Notes: generated by a model from the sequence alone, not told the origin. Counted from the first letter of the whole stretch, positions 37,078 to 51,400 are shown. The stretch is DNA of 60,217 bases, filler included, from Sphacelaria rigidula (GCA_964200075.2; 8 parts of 8 records of this genome joined end to end with filler, not necessarily neighbours in it); one strand, 5' to 3'. Program-made: numbers and translations.

Positions 37078-38120
37078 CACGCCATGTTTGTACCGTGTAG
37101 TATCATAGACCGTTGCTGCTGCTTGATTATTCATCTTTCCGGCTTCGCGCTACAGTAAGGCGTTGTGTTATGCCTCCATTAGTGATCACTTGTCCGCCAT
37201 TCGACAGTTGCTTTTCGATATGATCATCTCTTGGGATTCTGTGTTCCGTGTGTTATTGGACAAGCTACGAATCTTTGGTACAAGAATATACGACAATATT
37301 GAGCAACATAACGTTTGCAATGGTCAACGATCAAACTTCACGTACAGAGTAAATAGTTGCGTGCCCATCCGCTGGTAGGTACCGTAGATTAATCTGTCGT
37401 AGCATTGGGTGCAAAGTGAAATAAACTCGGCCGTGACAGATCGCACGGTACTACGACAATGAGGGGATGCGACGACAGGATGGTGAACAGGGGGGGGATG
37501 CGATAGTTCAAAAACTCTGTCACAGCAGGGGGGGGTCCGCATGATCATGCATGCCATAGTCATAAGACCACTGACCTCGCATCCCTACAAAGCCGGGACA
37601 ANNNNNNNNNNNNNNNNNNNNNNNNNNNNNNNNNNNNNNNNNNNNTTAATTAATTAANNNNNNNNNNNNNNNNNNNNNNNNNNNNNNNNNNNNNNNNNNN
37701 NGCCGGACCAGGCTCCCACTCAATCACCAAGCGCAAAGCGCCGTGGTGTCTTCGGCGAGTCGCATGAAGGGTGAGCTGCATTCTGCTAAGATTGTTCCGC
37801 CCGAAGCCTACTGATCATCTCGCACTGGGATGACAGCCTTCAATGAGTTGCGTTATTTTCTGGGATCGCCACTTTCAGAGACAGCCACGGCTTACGCACT
37901 ACCTCATGGATGCCTCACCGTTTAAACACTACGTAGTACGATCACCCCCGTTGTGCGGACTTGAGGTTCTCCCACGCCGCGCAGCATGATCTAGCTCGAC
38001 TACCATCATGGTTACCGCAAAAAAACGCAAGCGTGCAAACAAATCGGTAACCTGGTTGCCCAGCTTACGCAGTGAGTGGCGTGTTTTATAGCGTCATCGC
38101 CAACCGACGCCAATCCCATC

Positions 38121-38818
38121 GGGGGTCCGCCCCTACAAAGCCGGGACGGAGCACGCCGGGTTCTCGTCGGATCAGGCTGTATACGATAGGAGGGGGTGTT
38201 CGATTCCGCGAACAAGTGGGCTCCCAGGTGCTTCAAAACGACCTAGGACACTTACGGTCCAGTCGTATTTGGGTGGAAGCGGTGTCAAGCAGTATAAATG
38301 AGTGTTTATTATCGGAAGCAAGCGCGTTTCAACAACCGTTGCTGCTGTCAACGACGACTGCAAGTAGAATTTCGTGTAAGAAAACGGCCCGAAATACCCC
38401 GCCCCCCCCCGCTATTGTAGCAGTATATGGAGAGAACTGCCCTTGTGGCAAAGGAATAGAGAGCAGAAATCATATAGTGGCAGAATGTGACCTATACAAG
38501 GAGGAACGGGACGTACTAGAGCGGGAAATGTGGGGCGTCAACAAAGATAGTATGAAATCGGTTGATGGGTTAGACAGTAGGGAGAAAACGATGCTTATAC
38601 TAAGAGATAATTGGTGGCCAGAAACGGCGAAACAGGACGGGAATAAGCTATGCGAAAGGTGTTTGTGTAATGTATCGAAGAAACGTGATGATCGCCGGAA
38701 TGTTGAAGGTGTCTCGATTACGAGTACGAACGGTGCTCCGTCTCGAAAGGGATGCGTGGTCAATGGTCAAAGGACTAAGGTAGGCAACAAATGAGCACGC
38801 CTTCCCCCCCCCCCCCCT
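38121..38818 (+). mobile_element. G-run/C-run element copy with a LINE ORF2 C-terminal CCHC fragment
   Basis: CPCGKGIESRNHIVAECDLYKEER (C-C-H-C zinc finger typical of LINE ORF2 ends); tail CAACAAATGAGCACGCCTT(C)n. Confidence 0.75.
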
Positions 38819-39939
38819 ACCAGATATACCCCAACACGCCCCCCCCTCTGACNNNNNNNNNGGGGCAAAGGTCAAAGGGCTAAGGGAGGCAAAAAAAGAG
38901 CCCCCCCTCCCCCCCCCCCCCCCCCATCGTAGCATGACTCCAACGGGCCCTGTCAGAGCATGAACGGTCCTCTCCGTATTATGCGTCGCCGCTAACCTCT
39001 CTCTTTTCTATCGATAGGACACGTAGTTGCCGAAAGCATGATTATACGATGTGCACAACTTTACAGCTTTGCCACCGATGGTCCTCTGCTGTTCTGCTCG
39101 TGCTATGTGGGGAAGCATTGGGTATCAAGTACGACTATCTACACGGATTCCCGCGGAACATGGGGCAGCCGTAGATGTCCAACCAATGGTACCAGCGATT
39201 GCCGAGTTCTTTTCGGTTTGGGAACGTGCAAGAGCCAGGTCGCGATGTTGCGTGCGACTCGAGGACCTTCACGTTTGGTTGCTTGTGCATTTGAGTACCC
39301 TTTCAGTATCTACATTCAACGTTCCACAGCTGAGGGGTGTGAACCAAGGCGGTGAGACACAATATGCTGCTACTTCGAATGAAGACCAGCCGAAGATACT
39401 ATCGATACGAGTAGAACCAGTTTGCTTGCTGCGCGAACCCCGAACTGTTGAACATAGGTAGGGCGCTCTTCACGGATTTGCTATTCTTCGATGACGTGTA
39501 TGCATATCTATATACGGTTTCACGTATAATGCATTCAAGAAACTTGTATAGGATATATACATGCTGTATACTTCATACGCACACGGCCGTTGGGCCCGCT
39601 GTTGCTGCCATACATAATATTTCATACGAACCCAAAAATACTCTGTACACAAAACAGCCGTGACACATGTTTGTCTCTACGCAACTCATTTCCTTCTTCG
39701 TTCGTCTTTCTCAGCACACTACATCCCGAAACGTATTACCTGTCGGTAATGCTACCGGTATGGTCGTCGTGTGCGGCACAACACATAAACGCCTGCTGAG
39801 TTCACACGCCGACGTGCATCTCACATACTTCACTAATTTATCTCCATTTCGTTGTTTCACACATACTCATGGAACAAGTAGATCGCCAAACGAGATCAGT
39901 TTGCTCCGGTGTGCGCGTGCATCGTCGAAAACACGGCAG

Positions 39940-40281
39940 GTTCCCCAGGCTCTCTTTGCGTTGGTGAACCTCGCGCGGCTCAGCCTGTCCGGCACGCGTG
40001 TAGGTCCGGTTCAAGGGGCTCGGCTGGAAACCAAATTGCGCCTGGACACCCTTACCGTCAATCCGAACGCGTCACCGCCGCCACAGCCGCCCGAACCTGC
40101 GTCGGATCCCGAGCAAGGAGATATGCAAGAGCGCCGGAAACACAAGGAAAAACAACAGCATCGACCGGAGACACTCAGTCCACCCTCTACTGCTGCGAGC
40201 CTACGGCTACTGAATCGAAACGGTGATGCTGACGTTTCGACAACCGTCCCCGCGAGCAGATTGCCAGAGCTTCGAGAAAAG
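39940..40281 (+). CDS. Probable exon of an LRR-containing protein
   Basis: cggcag|VPQALFALVNLARLSLSGTRV (one LRR unit) then low-complexity sequence...LREK|gtggtc; 342 bp open. Confidence 0.55.
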
Positions 40282-41821
40282 GTGGTCCACTTGCCTCATG
40301 CGTGTGACGTCTAATGCCGAGATAGCCCCCCAACAAAACGTGCACCGGAGTCCGTCCGACAAACCAGCTGCGATCCCACTATCGGGCTCGTTGGCAGTAG
40401 TTTCGCCCACATGAGAGGTGTGGCAGTCTGAAATCTACTACAACGCCCAAATGAGTCGCGTCGTTCAGCGCGAAACCAGCTCTATCGGTATTTATAACCA
40501 TCGCCTCCGTGCACCGTTTTGGCCGGTTCGGGAGGGGGGGGCTATCTCGGCAGCAGTCTAACGCTGGCATCGTCTTCGATGTCGCGCCACGAATACAGCC
40601 AATGTAATCAGTTTGATTCATCGCAGAAACCAAGGCGTGAAGCTCCAACGAATCACCCACCCTAGCGCTTAGTGTGGTGACCGCAAACTATAGGTAGTAC
40701 TGTTCCAGCCCCAACACGACGGGGTGGGCTCACTTTGTTCGTGAGATGATGAGATTTGATTCCGTTTCAGAGAAGAACCGTACATGCATTGGGCGGTGAC
40801 GAGGTAGATCACAATCCTAATGGTAGCGACCACCCCCCCGAGTCATGTTTATGCGGGCGGCCACGTATGCCAGAAAAAGAGTTTCGGTTGTTTAAAGATC
40901 CGGAATCGGGTACGAGACGGAAGAACGAGGGGGGGGGGGGGGGAGCTGTTCCCTCTACTGTCATAGCTACCCTTCATTCTGCGAACGGGTAGTCAACCCA
41001 TAAGACACCATACACTAATCAAGCCGACATGCGTCGTTAGTTTAAGGAGCATATGTTAGTATATGGGACATACGCATTCGATACGCTGTATGACTTGACG
41101 TATAGGAGGAATGACAAGTCGGAGAACTTGTGTTTTTATCAGCGCAACTCCTCTCGGTTTATCCCCAACGACTGAGGTGTATATTGAGAAAGGTGAACCA
41201 GGTTGTGGAGACTATCTAAGGTGGCTGATGGCCGTGGAGGAGGCTGCCGCCCCACGAGTTTCAGGCGTTGAATGCGCTCCCGGAAACATACAAACACGTT
41301 TCGAAGAATTCCGCTTGTGCACAGCTTTCAATCGTATTTACTTAGCTTCAAAACATTGCGGTATTTTAGACACGAACAAGGGGGCGTCACGTATTTCAAC
41401 GGACGGGCGAACATCCGCAGTGTTGCCGTCAAGATACTGGACAGCGAAAATGTAAATGTTTGCGTATATCAGAATTCTGCGTCTGCCTCGTTTAGTGCTT
41501 TCCACAATCTGAGATAACACTAAACTTTCCCCACAGAGCGAACTCTAGCACCTGATCCACGTCGTGGCATCGTGCGCGTCAAATTTGGCACATGCTCATA
41601 AAGAATACGAGTATGAAAAGGGTCATGCAAAGCTACTAGCAACCTACATGTGACTCTTTCCCAGAAGAATTCGTGTATGATATGACTTCCGAAAGGCGCC
41701 GTATTTGTGCTTCCCTTCCAAACGTTTTTGGAATGTTACGAAGTGCTGCATAATGCATATGTACTCGCGTATTTACCGCTCCCTGCACCACCATATACTT
41801 TCGTCGGCAACGGATTCACAG

Positions 41822-42136
41822 ATTCCGGCTTACACGACGAAAAGACTTCCGGGCTTGAATCTTCTCCCTTCCGAAGCAAAGGCCATGATGAGAGCTAAGG
41901 CGAGCAAAACGGCCAGCTTAGCTCCTGTGAACACCAACACAGAGACTGCCACCACGACGACCACAGTCAACAACAGCAGCGGCAACAACAACGAAAATAT
42001 CATCATCGATAAAAATAATCTTGACAGCAGCAACTGCAGCAACGGCAACGATCAGACAACGGAGGACGGGTGGAGTAAAGGGACGAGCGAAATTGGCCGG
42101 CAAAAACAGCGACAAAATCTGGCCGCCGCTTCAGTG
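41822..42136 (+). CDS. Probable downstream exon (N/T-rich, low complexity) of the same gene
   Basis: cacag|IPAYTTKRLPGLNLL...AAASV|gtaacc; 315 bp, phase 0, compatible with the exon ending at 40281. Confidence 0.5.
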
Positions 42137-43687
42137 GTAACCGCTGCAATACCTACAGCAACTGTTCTCCTTTAGTCGGCAGTGGAGCAATGCTATGATA
42201 GGGGTTGCCCTTTCTGTTTCTGGATCTCTTTTTTGTAGGAGCCCAAATATTTGGGGCTTACTGTGCAACCCAAATCTCCGGGGACCGGACATGGAGATGC
42301 ACGCAGGGGCCTTTTCGTGAATCGGCATCATTTCCAGTCCTTTTCAAGTAAAATTGATGCCGTTCTCAAAATGACCCGTCGAACACCCCGAGAACAGTTT
42401 TCGCTGAAATTGTGCAACCCCTACCGTAGCATCACTCAGTGATACCCTGAAGGTATGGACTTTTGGGGCCCCGGCAAACACCCCCGACGATGGGGTGGGA
42501 CGGGGGAGGAAGAAGTCATGAGTTCGTGTGACTTTGTAAGAACGAAGATTTTGACTTTCGCGCCCTTTCCAGAGATGATGAATCAGTACAAGTCTGGCTG
42601 AAATTGGGCGGAGCGAGGCAGTAGGCACTGCCGCTTGGATTTGAAGTTCAGGAATTGTTTTCGATTCCGTTCGATGAAGCACACCATCGGTGAATCACAA
42701 AGCCTAATGCTAGCGCACACTGAACATCATTATCCAGAGTAGAGGCCGCACGTTTTTTGCTGTTGTTTTTTGTCGTACTTTTGAATCCTTCCCCTTCCTC
42801 GAGACGACTCCGTGGTCTCAAGGGATCGACGTATCTCTCCCCGGTATGTTCCATCTCGAAAGGGATGCGTGGTCAAGGCGAGCAACAAATGAGTACGCCC
42901 CCCCCGCAGTACGCGCCTTGCATTTTGGTCTCGCGGATTGGGTCAGCACCCCCGGACCGCTTCACGCCTCGTCAAACAAACTCAGTCACCTACTTCGTGT
43001 TTACTCACGTATTCACGCTTTCGACGGAGGAAATCAGACACTTTCAAACCCATCGAGAACCGAACCCACGTTTTCTCCACCCTGATGGGAAGAATCGGAC
43101 CATTAGAGCACCGGAGCGGTGTTCTCTCGAAAACACATGCGTGGCTCGTACTTCTTGAGTCGGTGAAAGTTGTACTCTTTTTCGAGGGGGGGCAAGAGGG
43201 GCTATCGTGACATTAGTGTACACACGACTACTCTGGTGCGATGAGGTTGTTCTAAAAGCAGCTAAGGTTGGTTTCACGACAGCGTTTGGCATTCTGTAAA
43301 CGCACTATCAACGCTATGATATGGATCATGAACAAGCAAATCATGGTGAACTGACAAATTTGTGTTCTCTTGAAGACACGTGGTTTGTACTTTTTGACGC
43401 GGGAAAAATTGCATTTTTGAGGGGGGGCTATGGCAAAAAGTGTGTTGAAGTACTTCAAATCGATGAGGTTCACGGATGTGAACACGGCTTCCCACTTGCA
43501 GACGCTGGAGCAATTGATAGCTCAGACAGCAGTCGAGCGTGTCTCGATGATGGAGATAATTGAAACGTCTTGTTATTATCGAAGAACCGTGATGGTCCCT
43601 AGTCACCCTCAATCCCTAACTTACAAGGAGATATACTCGGCGTTCTATGCTCTACCAAGGAGTAGACATGAGCAGAAGTAAGTCAGC

Positions 43688-44990
43688 TGTCAGAAGGAAG
43701 TCGGAAGGAAGTGAGCAAAGAGTGGGTCTACTTTGCCCGCGTCGCTCGTCCTATCTCTCGACGTCTAGAAATCGCTAAGGGAATCACCCGTGGCAATCAC
43801 CCGCTCGCTTGGGAAAACCACCTGTGCTAATCACCCGCTACACTCGGAGTTTCTCTTTCTCGAATTTATCTTATTCCTGGATCATGCTTCACAAATCGTG
43901 TCAACTGGTGAATATATATTGGCAGAGTACAGGGCATTCTACATATTCCCGAACACCCCCGCCTGCTCAACAATGCGGACACGCTTTAGTACGTACTCTC
44001 TAGACTTTCGGGATCCTAAGAACCATTCATAAAAAACGAGCATGTCCCTCGAAGGTCTTCGCGTACAATGCTTTGGTGAAGATGTCCGCGTGTTGCTCTC
44101 CTGGGTTCACGTATTCAACACGGATGATGCCGCTGTCGACGGCGTCCCTAACGATGTGGTGTTTGACGTCGATGTGCCTAGTCCGTCAGCTGCTGAACCG
44201 GTTGTTCGCCATTTAAATAGCGCCCTGATTGTCCTCGTGAAGAGGGATCCCGGTTTCATCGGGCATTACCATGAAGTTTCTATCTGTCTGAGGAAGCGCA
44301 GCTCGTTCGTTGCTCCTGCGAGCTCGACGCACTTCGACTATGATGTAACCGAAGGGGTGAGTTTCTGTGCCCGAGAGAAACAGCTAATGGCGCCTCCGCC
44401 CAGCATGAACACTGCTACTGACACTGAACGTCGGTATCCGGGCAGGTCGCGTGGTCGGCGTTGACCAACGCGGAGAGCTTGGTGTCGTTTCTGGACGTTC
44501 CTCCGTACACGACCCCGCAGTCTGTGGTGCGCTTTAGACCCTGTATGACCTTTGTAACTGTTTTACAGTGTGCCGTTCCCGGATCGTCGGTGAACTTGGC
44601 GACGTTGGTGTGCTGCGAATGATAGGTCGGGCCTTGTCACAGTGGAAATCCACACAGTGCTCCCACTGCCTCTCGTTCGGGGATACCCCGCATTTCAGCC
44701 ACTTCGTCTTTGTTTCCTGTCCCGTCTGTCTTCGAGAGCGCTGCTGCTCCAGTACTAACCGGAATCTTTCTCGTTTTGACGATCATGAAGTGCTCGATCA
44801 CTTTCTTCGCGTACTGGCGTTGATCAAAAGTTACCGTTCCAACCTTACGGTCCCGAGAGACGTGGCACCCGAGGTAAGGGCTGAATCTCCTACTCAGCTC
44901 TGGGGTCTATGTGTAAGAAAAGGTCGTGGGACCTCTGTTGTTGAATTGATTCCCATGTTGATTATTGTATATTATACTCTCGACCAAAAC
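43688..44990 (-). mobile_element. Degenerate Copia 3' end: RT tail, RNase H, PPT and 3' LTR (about 43688-43955)
   Basis: Minus strand RTRHIDVKHHIVRDAV...EQHADIFTKAL; PPT GAGCAGGCGGGGG followed directly by TGTTCGGGAA. Confidence 0.9.
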
Positions 44991-46339
44991 GTAAAAACCC
45001 AGAAAAGTGCACAGCCAAAAAGGGGCGTGATCCCTCATGAAGATCCACTCATGTAGAAAAACAACACGTCAGAGCCTAATTCCTTGGCCACGCGACTTGG
45101 CGTGTGCCCCTCAACGGATCCTCGCTGCAACCAACAAATCNNNNNNNNNNNNNNNNNNNNNNNNNNNNNNNNNNNNNNNNNNNNTTAATTAATTAANNNN
45201 NNNNNNNNNNNNNNNNNNNNNNNNNNNNNNNNNNNNNNNNAGCACTGTTTTGGGCTTGAGCCTCATCTCGAAGTTAAACCTCAATTCGCACAATTTGTTG
45301 TTAAGTACACTTTGAAACGCGAGTTATTCATCCGACAAAAGTTGTGGAATCATGGCAGCCGATAAATCAAGCCCCTCAAACCATGACGAGGTGGAGGACC
45401 AACACACGCCCAGCCCACATAACACACCCGGTGACTATTTGCACTCCACTCGTCTGTGTCGGGGCCGACCTCGCTGAAGTTCATCAGTACATATGGCTTT
45501 ATCGCATGTTGAGCACATCATGTTGACCCAACTTTGATCCGCCCAAAAATGTTTCAGCTTCCTGGTTTCACTTACCGGCGTTGGGCTACAAATAAATGTT
45601 CATGGTTGATATTACTTGATTTGAGTGCGTACAACGAGAATCGGATTTTTAGTAGGGCTGACGGTTCCGTGTACTCCTCGGGTGCGCACAACGCGTTTTC
45701 GTTTAAATCTGCGCCACAGAAGTCGATTCGGTGTCTACCAAGGACTCAATTTCTTCAGGGAATGTATGTACCGCCCTTGCCCGAGTGTTCTCGGTGCGTT
45801 GGGTTGGTTCAACCCAATCAGCCTCCTTGCATGCCAGGGTATCGCAAGCGTGGACGAAAGGTGACGCAATAGCATATAATATAGGAGGAACAACGGAAAT
45901 AACGGTAGGGTTCTGGTTTTAGACGGCAGTCCACTTTTTTTCGACATGAATTTTGGATCCATGCCGTTCTCTTCCGATGACATAAGGCGCATGTTACTCC
46001 ACGAGCCTGAACAAGCCCCAGAAGTCGGTATGTTCGTGATATTGGTCGGTGACACGTGTCTTGCCCATTTTGGGGGGTCAGGCGCGCCCACAACAGTGGA
46101 GAGCGGCTATGTCGTGGGTACACGAAATTCGACTTCATGGTTGACGAGGGAAAAGGACCACTGAACCCTCTCGCGATACAAAATAAAGGCAAGCACCGCC
46201 GAAGGAAGGTGGAGTACCAAAAACAAACAAAAAGGAAAAAAGCTTCTGTGTTGACCTTTTTCCTGTGTGACCCCGGCTGTGCGCCCACATATACCGAAAT
46301 GTGCAAACCTGCGTTCGGAATAGATGGGACAACAACGCA

Positions 46340-47900
46340 ACACACACACAGTGTACGCGGGCTAGTCGGGTGGATGAGCAAGAGGCTGTGGCGAAGGACA
46401 AGGCCGGGATTCGCTGTTGTCCTGGGTGGTGTACGCGTCGCAGTGGGGGCGAAGGAGCGGGAGGTCATGGAAGAAGAAAAGCTTGGGATTTGTTGTAGCC
46501 CCGGGAAATATTCCCCCGAGTATCACCCATGGTATGCCTTGTGCTAGGCTAGTGTGCGTAGGATGAGGGGCAGAAAGCAAGAGACAGGGCTTGCTTTTAG
46601 GGAAAGTCGACATGGGGGAGGACTTGCTTGCTGGGGATGGAGAGCTTGGGGCTTGTTGTCACTTTTATTGACGTGAGAGTGGGAATGTGAATGGGATTTG
46701 TTGGCACCTTGAGGGGTGTACGCGGGGCAGTGGGGGCGGATGAACAGAAGTTTCTGGAACGAGACGAGGTTGAGATTTGTCGTTGCCCTGGGTGGTGTCG
46801 TCCGCGTGAACTTGGGGGTGACTGAACGGGAGGTCATGGAAAAGTACAAGCTTTGAATTTGTTGTCGCTCTGGGTGGTGTACACGGGGCAGTGGAGGTGG
46901 ATGAGCAGGAGGTCATGGAGCGACACGAGGTTAGGATCTGTCGTCGCCCCGGGTGGTGCACGCGTGGTAGTAGGGAGGATGAGCGGGAGGGCATGGAGAA
47001 AGGCGAGATTGGGATGTGACAGCCGATCATCGAAATTGAGGATGGAGCTTTTCATCGAGGGTGAGAACTCGGAGGATCAAAATCTTCGTATCCACACCAA
47101 ATGTTCGAAACATGGCTCCATTCCTTCGACTACTGGTAGCTATTGACAACTGCTACACGTCAGGCAAATTTGGATTTCGATAACCGAAATGTTGAGGTCC
47201 TAGATGAAGAAAAAAATGGGGCAATTAGGTGATCCAAGCGGATCGCCGGAATTCCCCACAATTGGCTTTCCTCCTAGGACCCCAATATTTCGGATATCGA
47301 AATCCAAATATGCATGGCGTGTAGCAGTTGTCAATAGCTACCAGCAGATGGAGGAATGGAACCATATTTCGAAGATTTGATGTGGATACGAAGATTTTCA
47401 TCCTCCGGGTTCTCATCATCAATGAAAAGATCCATCCTCAATATCGATGATCGGCTGTTATTTGCTGTCGCTCCGGGTAATGTACGCGGGGTAGTGAGGC
47501 CATATGACCGAGAGGTCGTAGAGAAGGACGAGGTGCGGATTTCTTGCCGCTCTGGGTAGTGTATGGGTGTGTTAGCGAGAGTAAATGAGTGGGATTTGTT
47601 GTTACCATGGGTGGTGTACGCCAGGAAATCGAGACGGATGAGCAATAGGACATGGCGAAAGACGAGGTCGGGATTCGTGGTCACCCTGGGTAGTGTAGGC
47701 GGGGTAGCGGGAGCGGATTGGCAGTAGGGCATGGAGAGAGATCAGCCTGGCATTTATTGCCGCTCTGGGTGATACGCCCCGTGTATCACCCATGTTACAA
47801 CTTGTGGCAGGCTAATTTTGTGTAGGATGAGGAACAGCAGTGCTCTCTTGTAGAGGAAATCGACAAGGGGGAAGGCTTGCTTGCTATTGATGTACAATTT
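46340..47900. repeat. Diverged ~78-bp minisatellite with a higher-order duplication
   Basis: Recurring TTGTCGCYCTGGGTGGTGTACRCGGGGCAGTGG...GGATGAGC...GGTCATGGA; the block at 46520-46635 recurs at about 47783-47885. Confidence 0.8.
47020..47457. mobile_element. Foldback MITE inserted in the minisatellite
   Basis: CAGCCGATCATCGA / TCGATGATCGGCTG termini, ~200-bp arms. Confidence 0.88.
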
Positions 47901-48409
47901 GGGGCTCCAAGAGGGATTATGGAACTTCTGCATAGCTTACAAGTCCAAGTTGGGCTAGGCGAGAAACCAGGGATTCGCCAATTCCCCCACGTTGCGCTCA
48001 GTTTTTCGAGTTGTCGCCTTGGTGAGGGATGAGCAATTCTCAACCGTCAATCATGGGATCACACCGAGGCGGTAATGCCTTAGGTCTATAGAAGGGGGCC
48101 ACAGTTCAACTCTGGTTTGCAAAACGATAATAATTTCTTGACTTCATACAAAACTGGGGTGAATCCTGGCTAGAACACGGTAGTGCCTCTTTACCCTCTT
48201 CACCTCATCACACCCGCCCATTCAGACGAGCCTCTATTTCAATAACAGCAGCGAACATTCATTCTGCCCCTGTACAAATGATGACAATCTAGGCGACTCT
48301 TTGTCCAGTTGCGTCGTGTTTGGACAATAATTACTGGTACCATCATTTTTTTCGGTGGTGGAGGTTATTCACAATACAATAGGTTGCGCGCATTTTTGGA
48401 TGGAAGGTT

Positions 48410-51400
48410 CTTCGCAGGCGATTAGTCGCACAACTTTTCCACCCTGTCGTTATCTACAGGCGACTAGCCGCCCACACGTCTTGTGACGTACTTGCCCATT
48501 GACCAATACTTGCATAGGTTCTCCATCTAGTAATAAGCCGGCCACCAGTGGTCCACACGTCTCATCCCGTAGTCGTCTACAGTTGATTAGTCGCACAGAT
48601 TTCTCATTCAGTAGTCGTCTACACGCGACTATAGTCGCCCAGGTTTCTCGTTCAGTAGTCATCTTGAGGCAATAAGTCGCACAAAACAACGTCCGTTCGG
48701 CAGCCGTCCACAGAAGACTAGTCGTGTAGGGTCTTCATTCAGTAGTCGTCTACAGGCGACGAGTCGCGCAGGGTTTTTATCCGGCAACAGTCGTCTACAG
48801 GCGACCGATTGAACACGTCCTTCACTCAGTAATAATCTGCAGGCACGTAGGTACTTGTTATATACAGGCGACTGGTCGCACATCATGTTTGTGATACCGT
48901 AACTCTTCAAGGACTGCTAGTTGTCGAACGTTGCTATCCAGTCGTTGTTTACACTTCACTGAAATTTCCCTAGAGCCACTCAATCTAACGCGTGGATGAC
49001 TTCGGAGAGCTCCTGGTTGATTCAGGAACCCGCACTCATTTCCCCACTTGGCACAACAGTTTCGTCCACCTCAAAATATTCATATTCATTATTTTCACAA
49101 GTAATTATTTTATTGCTTCCTCGAATCTAGCAGCACAGGTTAAAATGTAGATTCGGTACAGGTTTTCAATCGAAACTGATACTTCCTCTGTCCCACAAGA
49201 TAAGCCCGTTTGAAAAAACTCACTGGATAAGCCCGTGGTGAAATATTGCGATGATGTACCCAATTCAGTTGTTTTCGACATACGCACCTCCAACATGTCT
49301 TCCACATATGGTTGCCATCATGTGAGAGAAAAATAGCTCCAGGAAATCACATCTTATCATCCCCAGCGTAAAAAAATCACAAAGTGGGCTTATGTAGTGA
49401 GAGTTTTACAACGGAGAGCCAGATTTTTGGCGGGACTTTGGCTCAATGTGCGATACGGGGGGTCCAAAGAACTTTTTTGTCGATGCTCAGGCCCACGGTA
49501 GTGTGTTTTGAGGTGTTGGGGACATGTGTGAGAACAAGAAGACCCTTCAGACCCGGGGACAACATGATATTGTTCCCGGGATGGGCGGGTATGCCCCCGA
49601 ATCCGGTATGCGTGCTCAAATAGTGCTGTGGTGGCAGCAGACTGAAAATGACGGTTTCGGGCGGTTCTCCGACACGCCTCGGGAACCATGAAAAAAAACG
49701 TACCTCCGAAACTCGATGGGAGGGCCGTCAACCAGTAGATTCCGGTTTTGCACGACCGACACACTCTGATCGCCGTGAGCGTAGCTGCTTGTCTATTGGA
49801 GGGTCGGCAAAAGCCTCGGTTTTATGTTCTGCTCCGAAACTTCACGATAACAACAACAAAAAACGCTTGGGAAAAGCCGAAGATACGCACGAGAAATACG
49901 GCAAACCTCCAAACGGGCTTATCTTGTGAGACAGAGGAAGTAATTGTTTACGAGCTACTACTTGCCCAGCAACCATTTTCATCAAACAGTGGTTGTCCAT
50001 AGTTGAAGCACCTTATCGTCAAATATTCGCCCATGTGCAACAATTTGCCTAGTCTGCTCATGCGGTAAGGAGGTGTCAACAGGCGACTAGTCATGGAGAT
50101 TTCTCGGTCAGTAGTCGTTTACACGCGATTAGTCGCACAGGTTGTTCATTTGGTAATCGCCTACAGTACTTGCCAATACAGTAGTTTCACGACCTTTCCA
50201 TTCAGTGATCGTCTACAGGCGATTAGTCGCTCAGGCTTTTCGTTCAGTTCACACGTGGACAAATAGCACCCTGTAGGACAAGCTGCACATGGTTCTACAC
50301 AGTCTTTGTGAAAACCCCTGTGCAGCATTTGCAAACCCTAGTACTTGTAATAGCATTTTGCATAGCGTTTTTGTCGAAACCCTGCAAGCAACCCTGTGGA
50401 GAGGCCTTCCCAATTTCGAAAATTCCAAATTATTTTGGTACAAAATCTGTAAATTTATCTCGGACAGCAGAAGAAGCTATTCAAAACAGATCTTTTCTTC
50501 GCTCATTTTATTTGGGCAAAAAAAGGATATATTTCGAAAAGCTTATTCTGCTGCGCAAATCCCATGCACACTGGCAGATTTGGAATTAGAACAGCAGAAG
50601 AAGCTCAAAATAAATCTTCACTTTGCCCTCCAATTTCATTCGGAAATTGGGGAAAACGAGATTTATTGCAAGCAGCGTCAGCTGTGCATATCCCGCATAC
50701 TGCATCGTTACCAGCGTATGGGATCATATACGCAACAAAAGCTGTTGAGAGCAATTCATCCCATTGCCCCAAAGGATGAGTAATTTTCAACAGCTTTCGT
50801 TGAGTAGATATCCCACACATTGGTGACGTATGTATGTCCACACCTGCGCTTCAAGCACAAACTTGGCGTGATGAGGTGCCATTGGAACGATGTATGCCTC
50901 GCATATAACCCTACATTGCTTTTGAAAACCCCGTGGTGCGCAGTCTACCAAAATCACTCCACCAAGTATGCTTTTGTTTAGATAGGTTTTTGCTTGATAT
51001 TTATTATAATTACAAAATGGTTTTCAGGCCTCAACAAGGCAGGTAGCTCAATGTGCACACTGACGCGTTCCAAAGCACGAAGTCGTGAGTCCGACTCCCG
51101 TGACTGTAACTTTTTCACCATTTTTTTTCTGCCAGTACCATGCCCATGCTGTAGGGAGTATATTGCATGTGCGCTGCAAAGGCTATACAGCATATTAACA
51201 GCGATGAATTCTACGCGGAGTGACGAAACCCTGTGAAGCGCCCTGTGTGGCACGAAATAATACCCTACAGTCAAATCCACGCGAGAAACGCTGCACAATT
51301 ACCCTGAAACCCTGTGAAGCGTCCTGTGGGGCGCAAAAAAAAAACTACAGCCAGATCCCCGCGAGAAACATTGAACAGTTTCCCTGAACCCTGTAGACGT

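Noticed and set aside
37527..37730. Contigs 5 and 6 appear to continue across the linker within the same repeat
   Set aside because: Both break in a high-copy repeat and the order is set by length, so the continuity is most likely coincidence
44042..45056. Plus-strand ORFs of 140 and 162 aa
   Set aside because: Antisense shadows of the Copia RT/RNase H on the minus strand
48410..48885. CRISPR-like array of palindromic repeats
   Set aside because: The units are degenerate, intervening segments are only ~10-15 bp and similar to each other, there are no cas genes, and the context is eukaryotic
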